Source of the DNA: Candidatus Limnocylindria bacterium
GTDB taxonomy: Bacteria; Patescibacteriota; Saccharimonadia; Saccharimonadales; JAGQNK01
DNA: 64,000 nucleotides
Reading direction: 5' to 3'
Assembly (NCBI GenBank): GCA_035489815.1
Contig: DATHJH010000018.1
Span: forward strand, 73,931 to 137,930
Shown: positions 20,840-30,979 of the stretch, in pieces
How positions within the stretch are numbered: the stretch's first letter is position 1
Layout of the letters: every line of letters begins with the position of its first letter
Translations under genes and position numbers: made by a program
Notes under the pieces: model-generated
Databases searched by the model: none
What the model saw: only the letters and a program-made list of their open reading frames with translations
Told to the model about the DNA's origin: nothing

Positions 20840-21191
20840 GCGGCTGAGCTTTGCTGCAGTACTTTTTAGCCCATTTTTTGAGTTCATGAAGGGCGGCTTT
20901 TAGTTCATGGGCTTTTTCGGTCAGGCGGTATTCGGTGCGGGGCGGGAACTCTTTGTATTCGCGTTTTTCTATCAGGCCGGCGGCTTCCAGCATGTGCAGG
21001 CGCTGGGTCAGGGTCCGGGGGTTGATGCCCTGGGTCTTGTTCTGGATGTCTACAAAGCGCCGGGGGTGGTCAAACAGGCACAGCAGGACCAGGCCGGACC
21101 ATTTGTCGCCCAAAATACCCAGGGCCGTTTTGAACTCGGCATATTCCTGGGGATTCTTTTTCAAGTGCTGGCGTATTTCCTCTGAGGACAT
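20814..21191 (-). CDS. HxlR-family winged-helix regulator
   Basis: LGDKW...RRF...GINPRTLTQRL...FPPRTEYRLT; divergent from the MFS pump. Confidence 0.92.
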   Translation of the reverse strand: MSSEEIRQHLKKNPQEYAEFKTALGILGDKWSGLVLLCLFDHPRRFVDIQNKTQGINPRTLTQRLHMLEAAGLIEKREYKEFPPRTEYRLTEKAHELKAALHELKKWAKKYCSKAQPPSASSPMN

Positions 21192-21335
21192 AGGTAAAAC
21201 CAAAAAGTTGCAGCGTTACTTTACATAGTATAGTCACATGTGTATAGTAGGCTGCATAACTATACAAAGTATAGTATAGCACAAATCCCTACCCTTGGTA
21301 AGGGGTACGCTGTTGTACTGCCAAAAGGAGAATCT

Positions 21336-22901
21336 ATGGCTATAAAGCTTCTAAAAACTAAAGACTATGTGCCGGAGAAGGTCTACGCCCGGCGTTGGTG
21401 GATCCTTGGGGTGCTGTGTTTGTCGCTGCTGGTGGTTATGATTGGAAATACCTCTTTGAATGTTGCGCTGCCAGTGCTGAGCCGGGAGCTAAATGCTACA
21501 AACTCTCAGTTGCAATGGATGGTTGACGCTTACTCACTGGTCTTTGCCGGGTTGCTGTTTACGGCCGGAGCGCTAGGCGACAGGTTCGGTCGCAAGGGTA
21601 TTTTGCAGATCGGCCTGGTGCTGTTCGGGCTGGCGTCTGCCTATGCGGCGTTTGCGGCTGATAGCGCCGGGGCACTGGTGGGTGCACGGGCAGTTATGGG
21701 GATGGCCGGTGCATTCATTATGCCGGCAACCTTGTCCATCCTCACCAATATCTTCCCGCCCAAGGAGCGGGCCAAGGCAGTGGGTATCTGGGCGGGTGTA
21801 ACCGGTGCCGGGGTGGCGCTGGGACCGCTGCTGACCGGTTTTGTGCTGGAGCACTTTTCGTGGCCGGCAGTGTTTACAATAAATCTGCCGGTTATCATCC
21901 TGACCATGCTGGCGGTAGGCTTATTGGTACCCAGAACGGCTGATCCCAAGCATACCAGCCTGGACCCGGCCGGGGCTTTGCTGTCCATCGCCGGTCTGAG
22001 CGCGGTAGTCTATGCAATTATCGAGGCGCCGGTGCACGGCTGGCTGTCCGGCAGCACACTGGCCATCGGCGCAGCCGGCCTGGCAGCATTGGCGATGTTT
22101 GTCTGGTGGGAGCTGCGGGTCAAACATCCCATGCTTGACGTCCGGCTGTTCAAACTCCCCGCCTTTGGCATCAGCGCGCTGTCCCTGACACTGGTATTCT
22201 TTGCCCTCATGGGTATGTTCTTTAACCTGGCTATGCTCATGCAACTGGTCTATGGATATTCGCCGCTTTCCTCGGCTGTCAGGATGCTGCCGGTGGCCTT
22301 TACCCTGATGGTGGCAGCTCCGCTGTCTACCCCTTTGGCAGCCCGATTTGGCAAACGGCGCAGCGTTGCCGCTGGTATGTTGATTGTGGCCGTTGGTACG
22401 GCACTGCTTTCTACCGTCGGTGTTGACTCCACATACTTGCATGTTGTGCTGGGGATGGTAGTGATGGCGTTTGGTATGGGGGTGGCTATGTCGCCTACAA
22501 CTGACTTGTTGATGTCCGCTGTTCCGCGTGAACGCGCCGGCATGGGGTCGGCCATGAATGACACAACACGTGAACTAGGCGGTGCGCTCGGCATTGCCGT
22601 GCTGGGCAGCCTGGGTGCCTCGCAGTACAGCGCCAGGATTGCTCCGGCTATAGCCGGCCTGCCAGAAGCCGCTAAATCGGCCGCCGAACAATCATTAGCG
22701 GGGGCTATGATGGTCGCCCAGCGTATGGGAACAGAGGGGCAGCCGCTACTGGTGGCTGCCAAAGACGCCTGGATGAGCGGCTATCACCGGGCGTTCCTGA
22801 CGGGCACGGTGCTGATAGTGGCCGCCGCAATCATTGCCTACATTGGCCTGCCAGATAAAGCGGCTGATCATATTCCAGAAGAAGGTAATTTCGAGGTTTA
22901 G
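21336..22901 (+). CDS. DHA2 (EmrB/QacA) MFS efflux transporter
   Basis: 14-TM pattern, LNVALP, G.LGDRFGRK, LGP..G, G.ALG.A; AAGGAG RBS. Confidence 0.93.
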   Translation: MAIKLLKTKDYVPEKVYARRWWILGVLCLSLLVVMIGNTSLNVALPVLSRELNATNSQLQWMVDAYSLVFAGLLFTAGALGDRFGRKGILQIGLVLFGLASAYAAFAADSAGALVGARAVMGMAGAFIMPATLSILTNIFPPKERAKAVGIWAGVTGAGVALGPLLTGFVLEHFSWPAVFTINLPVIILTMLAVGLLVPRTADPKHTSLDPAGALLSIAGLSAVVYAIIEAPVHGWLSGSTLAIGAAGLAALAMFVWWELRVKHPMLDVRLFKLPAFGISALSLTLVFFALMGMFFNLAMLMQLVYGYSPLSSAVRMLPVAFTLMVAAPLSTPLAARFGKRRSVAAGMLIVAVGTALLSTVGVDSTYLHVVLGMVVMAFGMGVAMSPTTDLLMSAVPRERAGMGSAMNDTTRELGGALGIAVLGSLGASQYSARIAPAIAGLPEAAKSAAEQSLAGAMMVAQRMGTEGQPLLVAAKDAWMSGYHRAFLTGTVLIVAAAIIAYIGLPDKAADHIPEEGNFEV

Positions 22902-22931
22902 GCTCCTTGCTACTCTAGCTATCCTCTTTCA

Positions 22932-22964
22932 ATAAAAACCTCCCTATGCGGGGAGGTTTTTATT
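22932..22964. terminator. Bidirectional intrinsic terminator
   Basis: ATAAAAACCTCCC-TATGCG-GGGAGGTTTTTATT between convergent genes. Confidence 0.75.
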
Positions 22965-23280
22965 GGCGCGTGACTTCCAGGTCGTGTGTATGGCGTTTTT
23001 TGCGGACGCGGAAAAGCAGAACAGTACCGGCAAGTATCATGAGGGCGGGGACGCCAACGGCCAGCGCCTGCCCCGTGTTAACCAGCCCGTCATCCGTGGT
23101 GGCAGCGCCGCAGACCCCACCGTTGTCGTAGGTACCGGCTCCGTAGGCCCCGCAGTTATAGTCTGCCGCCCGGACAGATTGCAGCTGAGCAGGCAAGAGG
23201 CACAGGCAAAACACCAGAACAGTAGCGAGTATCCGGCGTGCAGGTATGGTTGCTGCGTGTCTTTGAAAAGCCATAAGCAT
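22960..23280 (-). CDS. Small secreted protein with sortase-type anchor (LVNTG)
   Basis: Signal peptide, CGAYGAGTY..C, LVNTG + hydrophobic helix + RVRKKR. Confidence 0.6.
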   Translation of the reverse strand: MLMAFQRHAATIPARRILATVLVFCLCLLPAQLQSVRAADYNCGAYGAGTYDNGGVCGAATTDDGLVNTGQALAVGVPALMILAGTVLLFRVRKKRHTHDLEVTRQ

Positions 23281-23408
23281 ACTTATTTTGTAAGTATAGC
23301 AGATGACTTTTCCACAGGAATCCAAACAAGAGGTAACCCTACTAGGCAAATAAAAGTAAGCGGTTTATACTAAAAATACAAAAGCTAACAAAAACGGTTA
23401 AGTCAAAA

Positions 23409-23603
23409 ATGAGAGAACAAATAGACGAACTTTTTAACAAGGAAATGTCACGCAAAGAGTTCCTGCAACATATTGTGTCAGGCCTCCTTATCCTCTTTGG
23501 TATGAGTGGCGTGATCAAAGCGCTTACTCAGCAGAGTGGGCACCCGGGCCGCCGGGCTATTGGCGGCTATGGCTCCAGCGCCTATGGCGGTATGAAGAAA
23601 TAG
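23409..23603 (+). CDS. Small protein with Tat-signal-like motif (SRKEFL)
   Basis: MSRKEFL + hydrophobic helix + GGYGSSAYGG; upstream of tatA. Confidence 0.6.
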   Translation: MREQIDELFNKEMSRKEFLQHIVSGLLILFGMSGVIKALTQQSGHPGRRAIGGYGSSAYGGMKK

Positions 23604-23607
23604 CCTT

Positions 23608-23717
23608 ACCCACCCGCACCTTTCACCCCAAAGAGACGCTCCGCGCGGGGTCCGTCTTTGGCGGACTCCGGCTTCACACTTCGTCAGCCTCTTTGGAGGC
23701 AAAAGGTGCGGGCGGGT
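23608..23717. repeat. Structured intergenic repeat; partial inverted copy at 50670-50719
   Basis: Long imperfect closing stem and inner GGGGTCCGTC-TTT-GGCGGACTCC hairpin. Confidence 0.6.
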
Positions 23718-23782
23718 CAGTAGCCTGGGATTGCGCTATTGGTTCTATGTTATACTTCTATATGAACCAATAAGGAGAAGAA

Positions 23783-23980
23783 ATGTTTGGATTAGGAATG
23801 GGCGAACTGATTATTATTCTGGTCATCCTATTGCTCCTGTTTGGCAGCACCAAACTGCCTAAACTGGCCAAGAGCATTGGCGAATCAGCTGGCGAACTAC
23901 AAAAGGGCTTTGACGGTGCCAAGACGTCTGCAAAAACCAGCAAAGACAAGTCTGACTCAAAGCAAAAAGCTGCCAGCTAA
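23783..23980 (+). CDS. tatA: Twin-arginine translocase TatA
   Basis: MFGLG..EL..IL..LLLLFG..KLP.LAKS.G. Confidence 0.93.
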   Translation: MFGLGMGELIIILVILLLLFGSTKLPKLAKSIGESAGELQKGFDGAKTSAKTSKDKSDSKQKAAS

Positions 23981-23999
23981 CTAAGGGAGCGGGGGCAAG

Positions 24000-25154
24000 G
24001 TGGCTGTAGCGACAACCCATCCCAGCGCAGTCGCTGACGCGGGCTCTAAGCTTACGTTTGCTCAGCATGTGTACGAGCTGCGCAAGCGCCTGATGTGGTC
24101 GCTATTGTTTGTGGGGATTGGTGCCGGCATAGGCTATGCCCTGAATGACGCCATCCTGACCATTTTGCAGCATCCTTTGCATGAAAAGCTTTACTACACG
24201 ACGCCTACCGGGGCCTTCAGTTTCATTATAAAAGTCTGTTGTGTGTTTGGGTTTGTGGTGTCGCTGCCGGTGGTGGTGTATCAGGTTTTTGGCTTTTTTG
24301 GACCGCTCCTGCCGGTCCGGACCCGGCGGTCATTTGTGCTGTATAGTTTTCTGTCGGTATTTCTGGCATTGATGGGGGTCGCTTTTGCGTACTTTGTCAG
24401 CCTGCCGGCCTCGCTGCGTTTCCTGGTAAACTTCGGCAGCGGCAGCGGTAACATCCAGGCGCTCATCACCGCGGATGAGTATTTCAACTTTGTGCTAACC
24501 TACATTGCCGGTTTTGCGGCACTTTTCCAGTTGCCGCTGGTTGTAACTTTCATAAACAAAATCAAGCCGCTAAAACCAACGCAGCTGCTGGGCTATACGC
24601 GCTATGTGATCCTGGGCAGTTTTATTGTGTCGGCAATCATAACACCTACGCCTGACCCTTTGAACCAGGCGCTTATGGCCGGTCCGATCATCCTGCTGTA
24701 CTTTTTCTCTGTCGGCGTGGTAGCCGTGGCCAATCGGGCCCGGCGCCGTAAGAACTCAGCCAAAACCGGTCTGAGTCAGAGAAAAAGATTTTGGATGCGT
24801 TCTAAGGCGGAGCCAGTCGTGCCCGAACTGTCAGCAGCCAGCATAGAAGCAGTACTCGCCGACGAAGATTCCCTGCGTCCGTTCAGTCCAACAGCACCAA
24901 CAGTACCAGCATTACCAGTGGCGCCGGTACCTACTCAACCGGTGGGCCTTGAGATCCGCCCGCTCGGCCGGGTGAGTGTCCAGGGGCCTGCTCCCCGGCG
25001 CATGGTCTCTGACGTCGTGCGTCCGTCGGGACGCAATCAACCCCTGGCTCCCTTTGCCCGGTCACAGCCGGCAAGTCCAGTGGTGCCACGGACTGCTCCC
25101 CGTCCCATGCGCATGAGAGTAATATCTGATTTTATTCCGGCTACGGAGCAGTAG
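24000..25154 (+). CDS. tatC: Twin-arginine translocase TatC with Pro-rich C-terminal extension
   Basis: H..ELRKR, F.YF...P, FQLP, AIITPTPDP. Confidence 0.9.
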   Translation: MAVATTHPSAVADAGSKLTFAQHVYELRKRLMWSLLFVGIGAGIGYALNDAILTILQHPLHEKLYYTTPTGAFSFIIKVCCVFGFVVSLPVVVYQVFGFFGPLLPVRTRRSFVLYSFLSVFLALMGVAFAYFVSLPASLRFLVNFGSGSGNIQALITADEYFNFVLTYIAGFAALFQLPLVVTFINKIKPLKPTQLLGYTRYVILGSFIVSAIITPTPDPLNQALMAGPIILLYFFSVGVVAVANRARRRKNSAKTGLSQRKRFWMRSKAEPVVPELSAASIEAVLADEDSLRPFSPTAPTVPALPVAPVPTQPVGLEIRPLGRVSVQGPAPRRMVSDVVRPSGRNQPLAPFARSQPASPVVPRTAPRPMRMRVISDFIPATEQ

Positions 25155-25467
25155 GCCCTTGTAACCCGTCGGGATTTCCGCCGATACCCATTTGCCGAAA
25201 GATTCCGGACAGGTTCTGCAATTCGGCAGTTCCCATTACTTCATCGGATTGTTCCGGTGTGGTGAGGTCCAGGTCGCCTGTTGGCGGTATTGGTGGTCCG
25301 GCTGTTTCTGCGTGTAGGAATTCCGTTGCTGCTACCTCCGTACCAGCCGGGTCCTGGCTTTGTAAAAAAGTCCTCCAGGGCTCTGCCGCAACTTCGTCAA
25401 ACGGTATATCAGCTGGATTGTGAGGTCCCTTTTCCAGGGGCTCAAAAGGTTCTGAACCTGTTGTCAT
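25141..25467 (-). CDS. Hypothetical acidic protein
   Basis: AGGAG RBS before ATG 25467. Confidence 0.45.
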   Translation of the reverse strand: MTTGSEPFEPLEKGPHNPADIPFDEVAAEPWRTFLQSQDPAGTEVAATEFLHAETAGPPIPPTGDLDLTTPEQSDEVMGTAELQNLSGIFRQMGIGGNPDGLQGPTAP

Positions 25468-25560
25468 ATGAACTCCTATTGATTTTAGTACCTCCATACT
25501 CTATCAGCCGGCAAAATAAGTCAACGGGCTGTGAAGCTGGACTGGTTTTGGGCACCCTGG

Positions 25561-26193
25561 TTATGATGCTGTTTCCTGATGAAAGTACTCCGGGTGGGCA
25601 TCCAGTAAGGCCCGGACTTCTTCGTAGTACTTAGCAATAATCGGGTGACTATGCGCTTTAGTACGATGCGCCTCCAGGCTTTTATTGTAGTTGGCCAGGG
25701 TCACTTTGCGCTCAAGGAATAGTTTGCCTTCGTCCATGAAGTCAAAGGCGCAGGCAATGTATTTGTCCAGGGCATACACAAATTTGGCTTCATCCGTGTC
25801 TTTGCGCTCATACGCCTCAATAGTCTGGATGATCCAGGGAAAATGGGCAAATTCTTTGGTGATGCGTTCCAGGGCCTGTTCCTCCCGCTCTACCTTTGAG
25901 GCCAAGTGTTCCTGGCTTGCAAAAGTTGAAGTATCGTCAGCGTAGACTTCCACCAGATCATGGGCAGTAGCAAACTGGCAGATCTTGCCCACATCCAGGG
26001 CGGGGTCCACTTCCGGGGCCAGGCTGCAGGCCAATAAGGCCAGGGACCAGGAATGTTCGGCGTCGTTTTCCCAGCGGCGATCGTCGCCAGGCAGCGGGTT
26101 GTCCCGCTTTATGTGGTAGAAGGGCAGAACCAGCTTGCGCAGCAGGTCTTCAATTTGATTATGAGTAGGATGCGGCACGAGTCTATTATACAA
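25561..26193 (-). CDS. HD-domain phosphohydrolase (YfbR/HDDC2-like)
   Basis: EN.AEHSW, HDLVE..ADD, EAKFVYALDK. Confidence 0.9.
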   Translation of the reverse strand: MYNRLVPHPTHNQIEDLLRKLVLPFYHIKRDNPLPGDDRRWENDAEHSWSLALLACSLAPEVDPALDVGKICQFATAHDLVEVYADDTSTFASQEHLASKVEREEQALERITKEFAHFPWIIQTIEAYERKDTDEAKFVYALDKYIACAFDFMDEGKLFLERKVTLANYNKSLEAHRTKAHSHPIIAKYYEEVRALLDAHPEYFHQETAS

Positions 26194-26371
26194 ACCCTCG
26201 ATGTTTATTTTTATCCAGCTTTTAATTTATGCGCTAATCTCTCTAGTAAAACTTTGTGAAATTCAGTCATGAAGGGTTCCAGAGCATGTAGGGACGTTTG
26301 CGTTTGACGATAAGGTCAATAATTTCGTCTGATTCAACCCCTACAAATGCTTGCAGCGCCAAATGGCTTAC

Positions 26372-26447
26372 TGGTCGGAGTGGGCGGACTTGAACCGCCG
26401 ACCTCAGCGTCCCGAACGCTGCGCGCTACCAACTGCGCCACACTCCG
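26372..26447 (-). tRNA. tRNA-Pro(CGG)
   Basis: Cloverleaf; CAGCG-TTCGGGA-CGCTG; CCA. Confidence 0.97.
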
Positions 26448-26534
26448 GAGTCGACGTGTGATGGTGGGGTGACCAATTTGCCGGCAAAACAAGTTTGCCC
26501 GGCAAATGCGCTCACCCCACCAAGCCCTCTCCTC
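26448..26534 (-). ncRNA. 87-nt tRNA 5'-leader hairpin element, copy 2
   Basis: Same invariant core, with stem TGGTGGGGTGA/TCACCCCACCA. Confidence 0.7.
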
Positions 26535-26680
26535 TCAAAATCGCGAATCCTCTCGCGTTTTTGGCTTTTATCTGTCCAAACAGCCGGCAAGCGGCTTGGT
26601 TTGGGGTTATAAACCAAGTGCAATAACAAGGATAGTATAGTTCTTCAGGGACGGAAGGTAAATGCTGTTACAATGGACTC

Positions 26681-27334
26681 ATGGTCGGCCCTTTGCTTGG
26701 ATTAGGCGGCGTTGCCGCGATTTTATTTTGCTCTGAGTTTTTGTGGCGTACCCGGTTGTTTAAAAGGGCGGAAACGCCGCGCAAACTGGTGCACATTCTG
26801 ACAGGTACCTACATAGCTTTTTGGCCGCTGCTTATGAGCCTTCGTTGGGTCCAGATCCTCAGCCTGGTCCTTTTTGCAGTGGTGTTTGCCTCTAAAAAGC
26901 TGCATCTTTTCCGGTCTATCCATAGCGTGGACCGTCCAACCTACGGCGAGCTGCTTTTCCCCGTGGGTGTACTGGTGGCTGCCACGTTTGCCCGGTCCGG
27001 CTGGGTGTACATGGCGGCTGTATTGCATTTAAGCCTGGCAGACGGCATTGCCGCGTTAGTAGGCATACGGTACATGAAAAAGTTTGGGTATAAAGTCTTT
27101 GGCCAGCCAAAGACGGTCATTGGCACAGCCGCCTTCTACATAGTGTCGCTCGGCATCCTGACTACGACTATGCTGTTGGACCCAGCGGCATACGGCAGTA
27201 GCGCCGCGCTGGTTATTCTGCTGCTTCCGCTGGGGACGACACTTATTGAAAACCTGGCTATTTACGGTACGGACAATTTGTTTGTGCCGATTGCCGTCAT
27301 TGTTATACTTGACACGTTAAGAGTGGTTACTTAA
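26681..27334 (+). CDS. Dolichol/phytol kinase-like (cytidylyltransferase family) membrane protein
   Basis: RKLVH, DG.AALVG, KT..G, DN; multiple TM segments. Confidence 0.8.
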   Translation: MVGPLLGLGGVAAILFCSEFLWRTRLFKRAETPRKLVHILTGTYIAFWPLLMSLRWVQILSLVLFAVVFASKKLHLFRSIHSVDRPTYGELLFPVGVLVAATFARSGWVYMAAVLHLSLADGIAALVGIRYMKKFGYKVFGQPKTVIGTAAFYIVSLGILTTTMLLDPAAYGSSAALVILLLPLGTTLIENLAIYGTDNLFVPIAVIVILDTLRVVT

Positions 27335-27346
27335 ACATAAACCGAC

Positions 27347-27394
27347 AAAACGTACCACCAAATGGTCCGGCCGGACCATTTGGTGGTACGTTTT
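27347..27394. repeat. 48-bp perfect palindrome
   Basis: AAAACGTACCACCAAATGGTCCGG|CCGGACCATTTGGTGGTACGTTTT. Confidence 0.85.
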
Positions 27395-27443
27395 TAGGGG
27401 TGGGTCAGGGGGGAAGGTTCGGGATGGGTGCTAAGGTGTTAGA

Positions 27444-28004
27444 ATGTTAGTAAAGCCTATGAGTATCATAAACAAAGTTAAACAGCATCTTGAAGATTAC
27501 CTAAGTGAATTTGTCTACGGCGGCATTGACGGCGCAGTTACGACCTTTGCGGTGGTGGCTGGCGCCACTGGCGCGCGGTTTGACATCAAAATCATTCTGG
27601 TGCTGGGGTTTGCCAACCTTATTGCCGACGGGTTTTCTATGGGCGTGGGATCTTATCTATCCACCAAGTCTGAACAGGAGCTGATGGTTAAAAAGGGTGA
27701 GTCCATAGCAGATGAACCTTCGCCTGTCATAAACGGTGCTACAACTTATGTTTCATTCATCCTGGTTGGCCTGGTGCCCTTGCTGGCTTATACGGTAGAT
27801 GTAGTCTTTGACCTGAACCTCTCCAACGTATTTGGTATTGCCACGGCACTTACGGCTCTGGCATTTATTGGCATTGGTTTGCTGAAGAGTCGGGTGGCAA
27901 AGTCCGATGTCACACGGGCGATCACTGAAACCCTGATCCTCGGTGCCATTGCCGCCTCTGCCGCCTATGCCCTTGGTGATGTCCTGGAGCGCATCATCAC
28001 CTAG
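27444..28004 (+). CDS. VIT1/CCC1-family metal transporter
   Basis: VYGGIDG.VTTFAVVAG, ANLIADGFSMG. Confidence 0.9.
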   Translation: MLVKPMSIINKVKQHLEDYLSEFVYGGIDGAVTTFAVVAGATGARFDIKIILVLGFANLIADGFSMGVGSYLSTKSEQELMVKKGESIADEPSPVINGATTYVSFILVGLVPLLAYTVDVVFDLNLSNVFGIATALTALAFIGIGLLKSRVAKSDVTRAITETLILGAIAASAAYALGDVLERIIT

Positions 28005-28016
28005 GCGCTTCTATGC

Positions 28017-29256
28017 CTAAAGCTGGGTAGACGGCTGGCCGGTTTCTGCCGGCTCGGCGGCTGGATGGTGTTTGCCCAAGCGGTACTTTCTGCCCATAAA
28101 TGCAAGAAGCAGGAAGACGAACAGCCAAAAAGCACCATAGGCACCGATGGAAAATCGTTCACTACTGAGTGCTGCGCCCTTGCCAATAATCACATAAGCC
28201 AGCGCTCCGAACATGCCAGACGCCAGGCCTGGAATAGAACCGATGGTAGCCCGCTCGTCCCCTTCTGCGGCGTCCTGGATATGGTGCTGGAACAGTGCCC
28301 GGAACAATTGAAAGAGCAGGCTAAAGAGCAAGAGTAACAGGCTTCCACCAGCTCCGCCGAAATATAATCCCATGAGCAACAGCCCGACCCCCCTGCCATA
28401 ACCAGCATTTGTTTAGGCAAAGAAAAGTGCACAAATGACTCCAGCCGGGTTAGCACCAGTACAGTAACTACCAAGGCAACGGCGAGCAAAAGGGAAATGG
28501 TGCTTTCGCCCAGGCCGAAGGCCGCATACAGCCGCGGCAGCAGCTCCTCAGCTACGCCAATCACCATAATGACGGCAAACAACCCGTAGCAGATGTAGCG
28601 CAGCAATTTGGAACGAGCAACTTCCCGGAGCCCGGCCATGAGAGTCTTCAGGTAGGAGTCCTGCTTTCTATAAGGATGTTCTGGGGTGGTCAGCAGGACA
28701 ATGGAAAACAAAAGGGAAGTTGCGGCACTGACCCCAATAAGTAAATGCGTATGTTTGAGCGTTAGTGCTGATGCCGCCCATATCCCACCAGTCGGCCGAG
28801 CCAATGGGCAGACATGGTCCAGCCAAAGTATCTGGTGTATTTTTTGCCTTGTCCTATCGTATCCAGTTCAGTATGCAAATAGGCGGCAATTGCCCCGGAT
28901 GTGCAGGCGATCATGCAGCCCCACAGGGAAAAGCCTATAGCATACCCTGTAAAACTTGGCCACAGCATCCAGAACGCAAAGCCGACGCTGCGTACCACTC
29001 CGCCCAGCATGATGACGTATTTTCTGGACCAGTAGTCGGCCAGCACACCGCTGGGTAGTTCGGTTACCAGGTAAGCCAGCGACCAAATAGAAAACAGCAC
29101 ACCGATCTGCTCGAAGGACAGCCCGCCGACCCGTTCAAACATAATGGCGTACAGGGCCATGATTGGTACAAACCCTTCCAGAAATTGCTGGAGGGAAAGC
29201 ACCCTCACGATCCGGGGCGCTGCCCGGAACTGGGTTAAGCCCAATCGGTTCATCAT
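28017..29256 (-). pseudogene. MFS transporter split by two frameshifts
   Basis: ELPSGVLADYWSRK and later ERAT..S fall in three overlapping ORFs. Confidence 0.75.
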
Positions 29257-29336
29257 TACCCTTTAGTATACAGCCAAGTATTCTACTGGACGGCAAGATC
29301 TATGGGTACTTACCAATCGGGTGTTCAATGAATGGT

Positions 29337-29771
29337 TTAGCGGGGCGGTTGGGCTTCAAGCGCGGCCAGGGCAACCGTCAGAAAGGGCGGTACGTTGCAG
29401 CTCTGCCATGATCGGTCAGAAAAGGGAAGTATCTCAATGACCGGGCTGGCCCGCCCGGCGTCCGGGTTTTCTCCAGAAAAGCAAATCCGGCCAAGAGGGT
29501 GTACGACCTGGGTCTGGTCCTTTCCGTGCAAAAACATCTCGCAGCCAGCATCGGAATATAAAACAGCGGGCCGAATGTCCAGTGAGGGCGCGGCTTCAGA
29601 GATATTTTCTGGGTTTGGCACCTTGACCCACTCAAGCTCAAGAGGCTCATTGTTGTAGACAGGTATGGACTCAGGCCTGAATCTTTGCAGCTGGGAATGA
29701 AGGGAGTTCCGCTGGGCAACAACCTCGGCGGGGGGATTTTGCTCACCATGCAGGAACCCAAAAAGTGTCAC
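29337..29771 (-). CDS. Hypothetical protein
   Basis: 144-aa ORF with TACAAT just upstream; no motif. Confidence 0.4.
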   Translation of the reverse strand: MTLFGFLHGEQNPPAEVVAQRNSLHSQLQRFRPESIPVYNNEPLELEWVKVPNPENISEAAPSLDIRPAVLYSDAGCEMFLHGKDQTQVVHPLGRICFSGENPDAGRASPVIEILPFSDRSWQSCNVPPFLTVALAALEAQPPR

Positions 29772-29916
29772 ACATTAAATTGTAATTAAATATGCTGCAT
29801 AAGGCAAAATAGTTTCAGCACAGACTCAGGGGCCTGGCATGGTGTGTAAGTGGGGCATGTCTCCCATCATAGCAACAAAAAAGACTTCCAGGCAGGAAGT
29901 CTTAATCTTACATATA

Positions 29917-29995
29917 TGGGGTGCCTGATGGGATTCGAACCCACGATCTCCGGAACCACAACCCGGCGCATTAGGCCAACTATGCTACAGGCACC
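29917..29995 (-). tRNA. tRNA-His(GTG), with encoded G-1
   Basis: Cloverleaf; CCGGG-TTGTGGT-TCCGG; C73; CCA. Confidence 0.97.
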
Positions 29996-30082
29996 TCGTC
30001 GGCGTGTAATGGTTGGGTAGCCAATTTGTCGGCAAAACAAGTTTGCCCGACAAAAAAGGCTACCCAACCAAGCCGCCTCCTC
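29996..30082 (-). ncRNA. 87-nt tRNA 5'-leader hairpin element, copy 3
   Basis: Invariant core with stems TGGTTGGGTAGCC/GGCTACCCAACCA and TTTGTC/GACAAA. Confidence 0.7.
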
Positions 30083-30372
30083 TACAAAATCGCGAATCCT
30101 CTCGCAATTTTGGCTGGAAACTGTCAAGCAGCAAAGCTGCTTGACTTGAAAAACTGAGTGGCTACATTTTGTTAAGAGTGACTTTGGCAATCTTACCAAG
30201 TCTTTTTTGCAAATCCGAGACTGACGCTCGCAATTTGGTTTTTCAAGTCGTCCAAACAGCCGGCAAGCGGCTTGTTTGGGATTTTAATTTCTGGCTACAG
30301 TGGCTACGGCCAGAAACAGGGGTGATTATACTTGTTTTTTGGGAATTTGGCTAGTCTAATGATCTTTAATAC

Positions 30373-30420
30373 TCGACTGTTAACAAATATACACGATCGT
30401 GTATATTTGTTAACAGTCGA
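30373..30420. repeat. 48-bp perfect palindrome
   Basis: TCGACTGTTAACAAATATACACGA|TCGTGTATATTTGTTAACAGTCGA. Confidence 0.85.
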
Positions 30421-30429
30421 AGGGCGGTA

Positions 30430-30979
30430 TTACTCTAATGACTCCAGGAACTCTTTGAATTGGGCGAAGGGGCGGATTTGCAGGTAGACCTTTTGGTAGT
30501 CTTCCTTGCCCAGTTCGGCCCGGGTAACGTTATAGCCGTCGGGGATAAATAGCTTGTCTCAGCCAAAGCCGTTTTCTCCGGCTGGTTGATTGGCAGGCAA
30601 TCTGACCTGACAGCACGCCCTCAAAAAATTCCAACCGTTGGCCGTCGTAATAGCCGAACATGCACCGGCCGGTGGCGGAGCGGTCTTTGCCGTCCAGGAG
30701 CGAACATATCTGGCCAAGCTCTATCTCCTCCAAAAACCATTTGATGAACGGGCCTGGCAGGCGGCCAAGGGCGGTGAACTCCAGTGACACATCCTCTACC
30801 AAAACCGGCTTTTTGATCTGCGCGTAAGCCTGCCAGACCTTGTGCTCCACAATCTGCCTCAGGTCCAGCGACTGGATCTCATCTAGATCCAGTTTGACGT
30901 GATCAACCGGATACCCCAGATACCTGGCTAAATAATCCGCCTTATTCTGATTGCCGGTAATAAAAGTAACGTTGCTCAT
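30430..30979 (-). pseudogene. Ham1/RdgB non-canonical purine NTP pyrophosphatase, broken
   Basis: TGN..K, EIQ, VED.SL, LPGPFIKWF; frameshift near 30590 and GFG*DK where FGWD is expected. Confidence 0.8.

Noticed and set aside
30556-30564. In-frame TGA at a conserved Trp (FGWD) in Ham1, suggesting UGA recoding
   Set aside because: The gene also has a frameshift, and intact genes (tsaE, CYTH, sortase) end at TGA at expected positions
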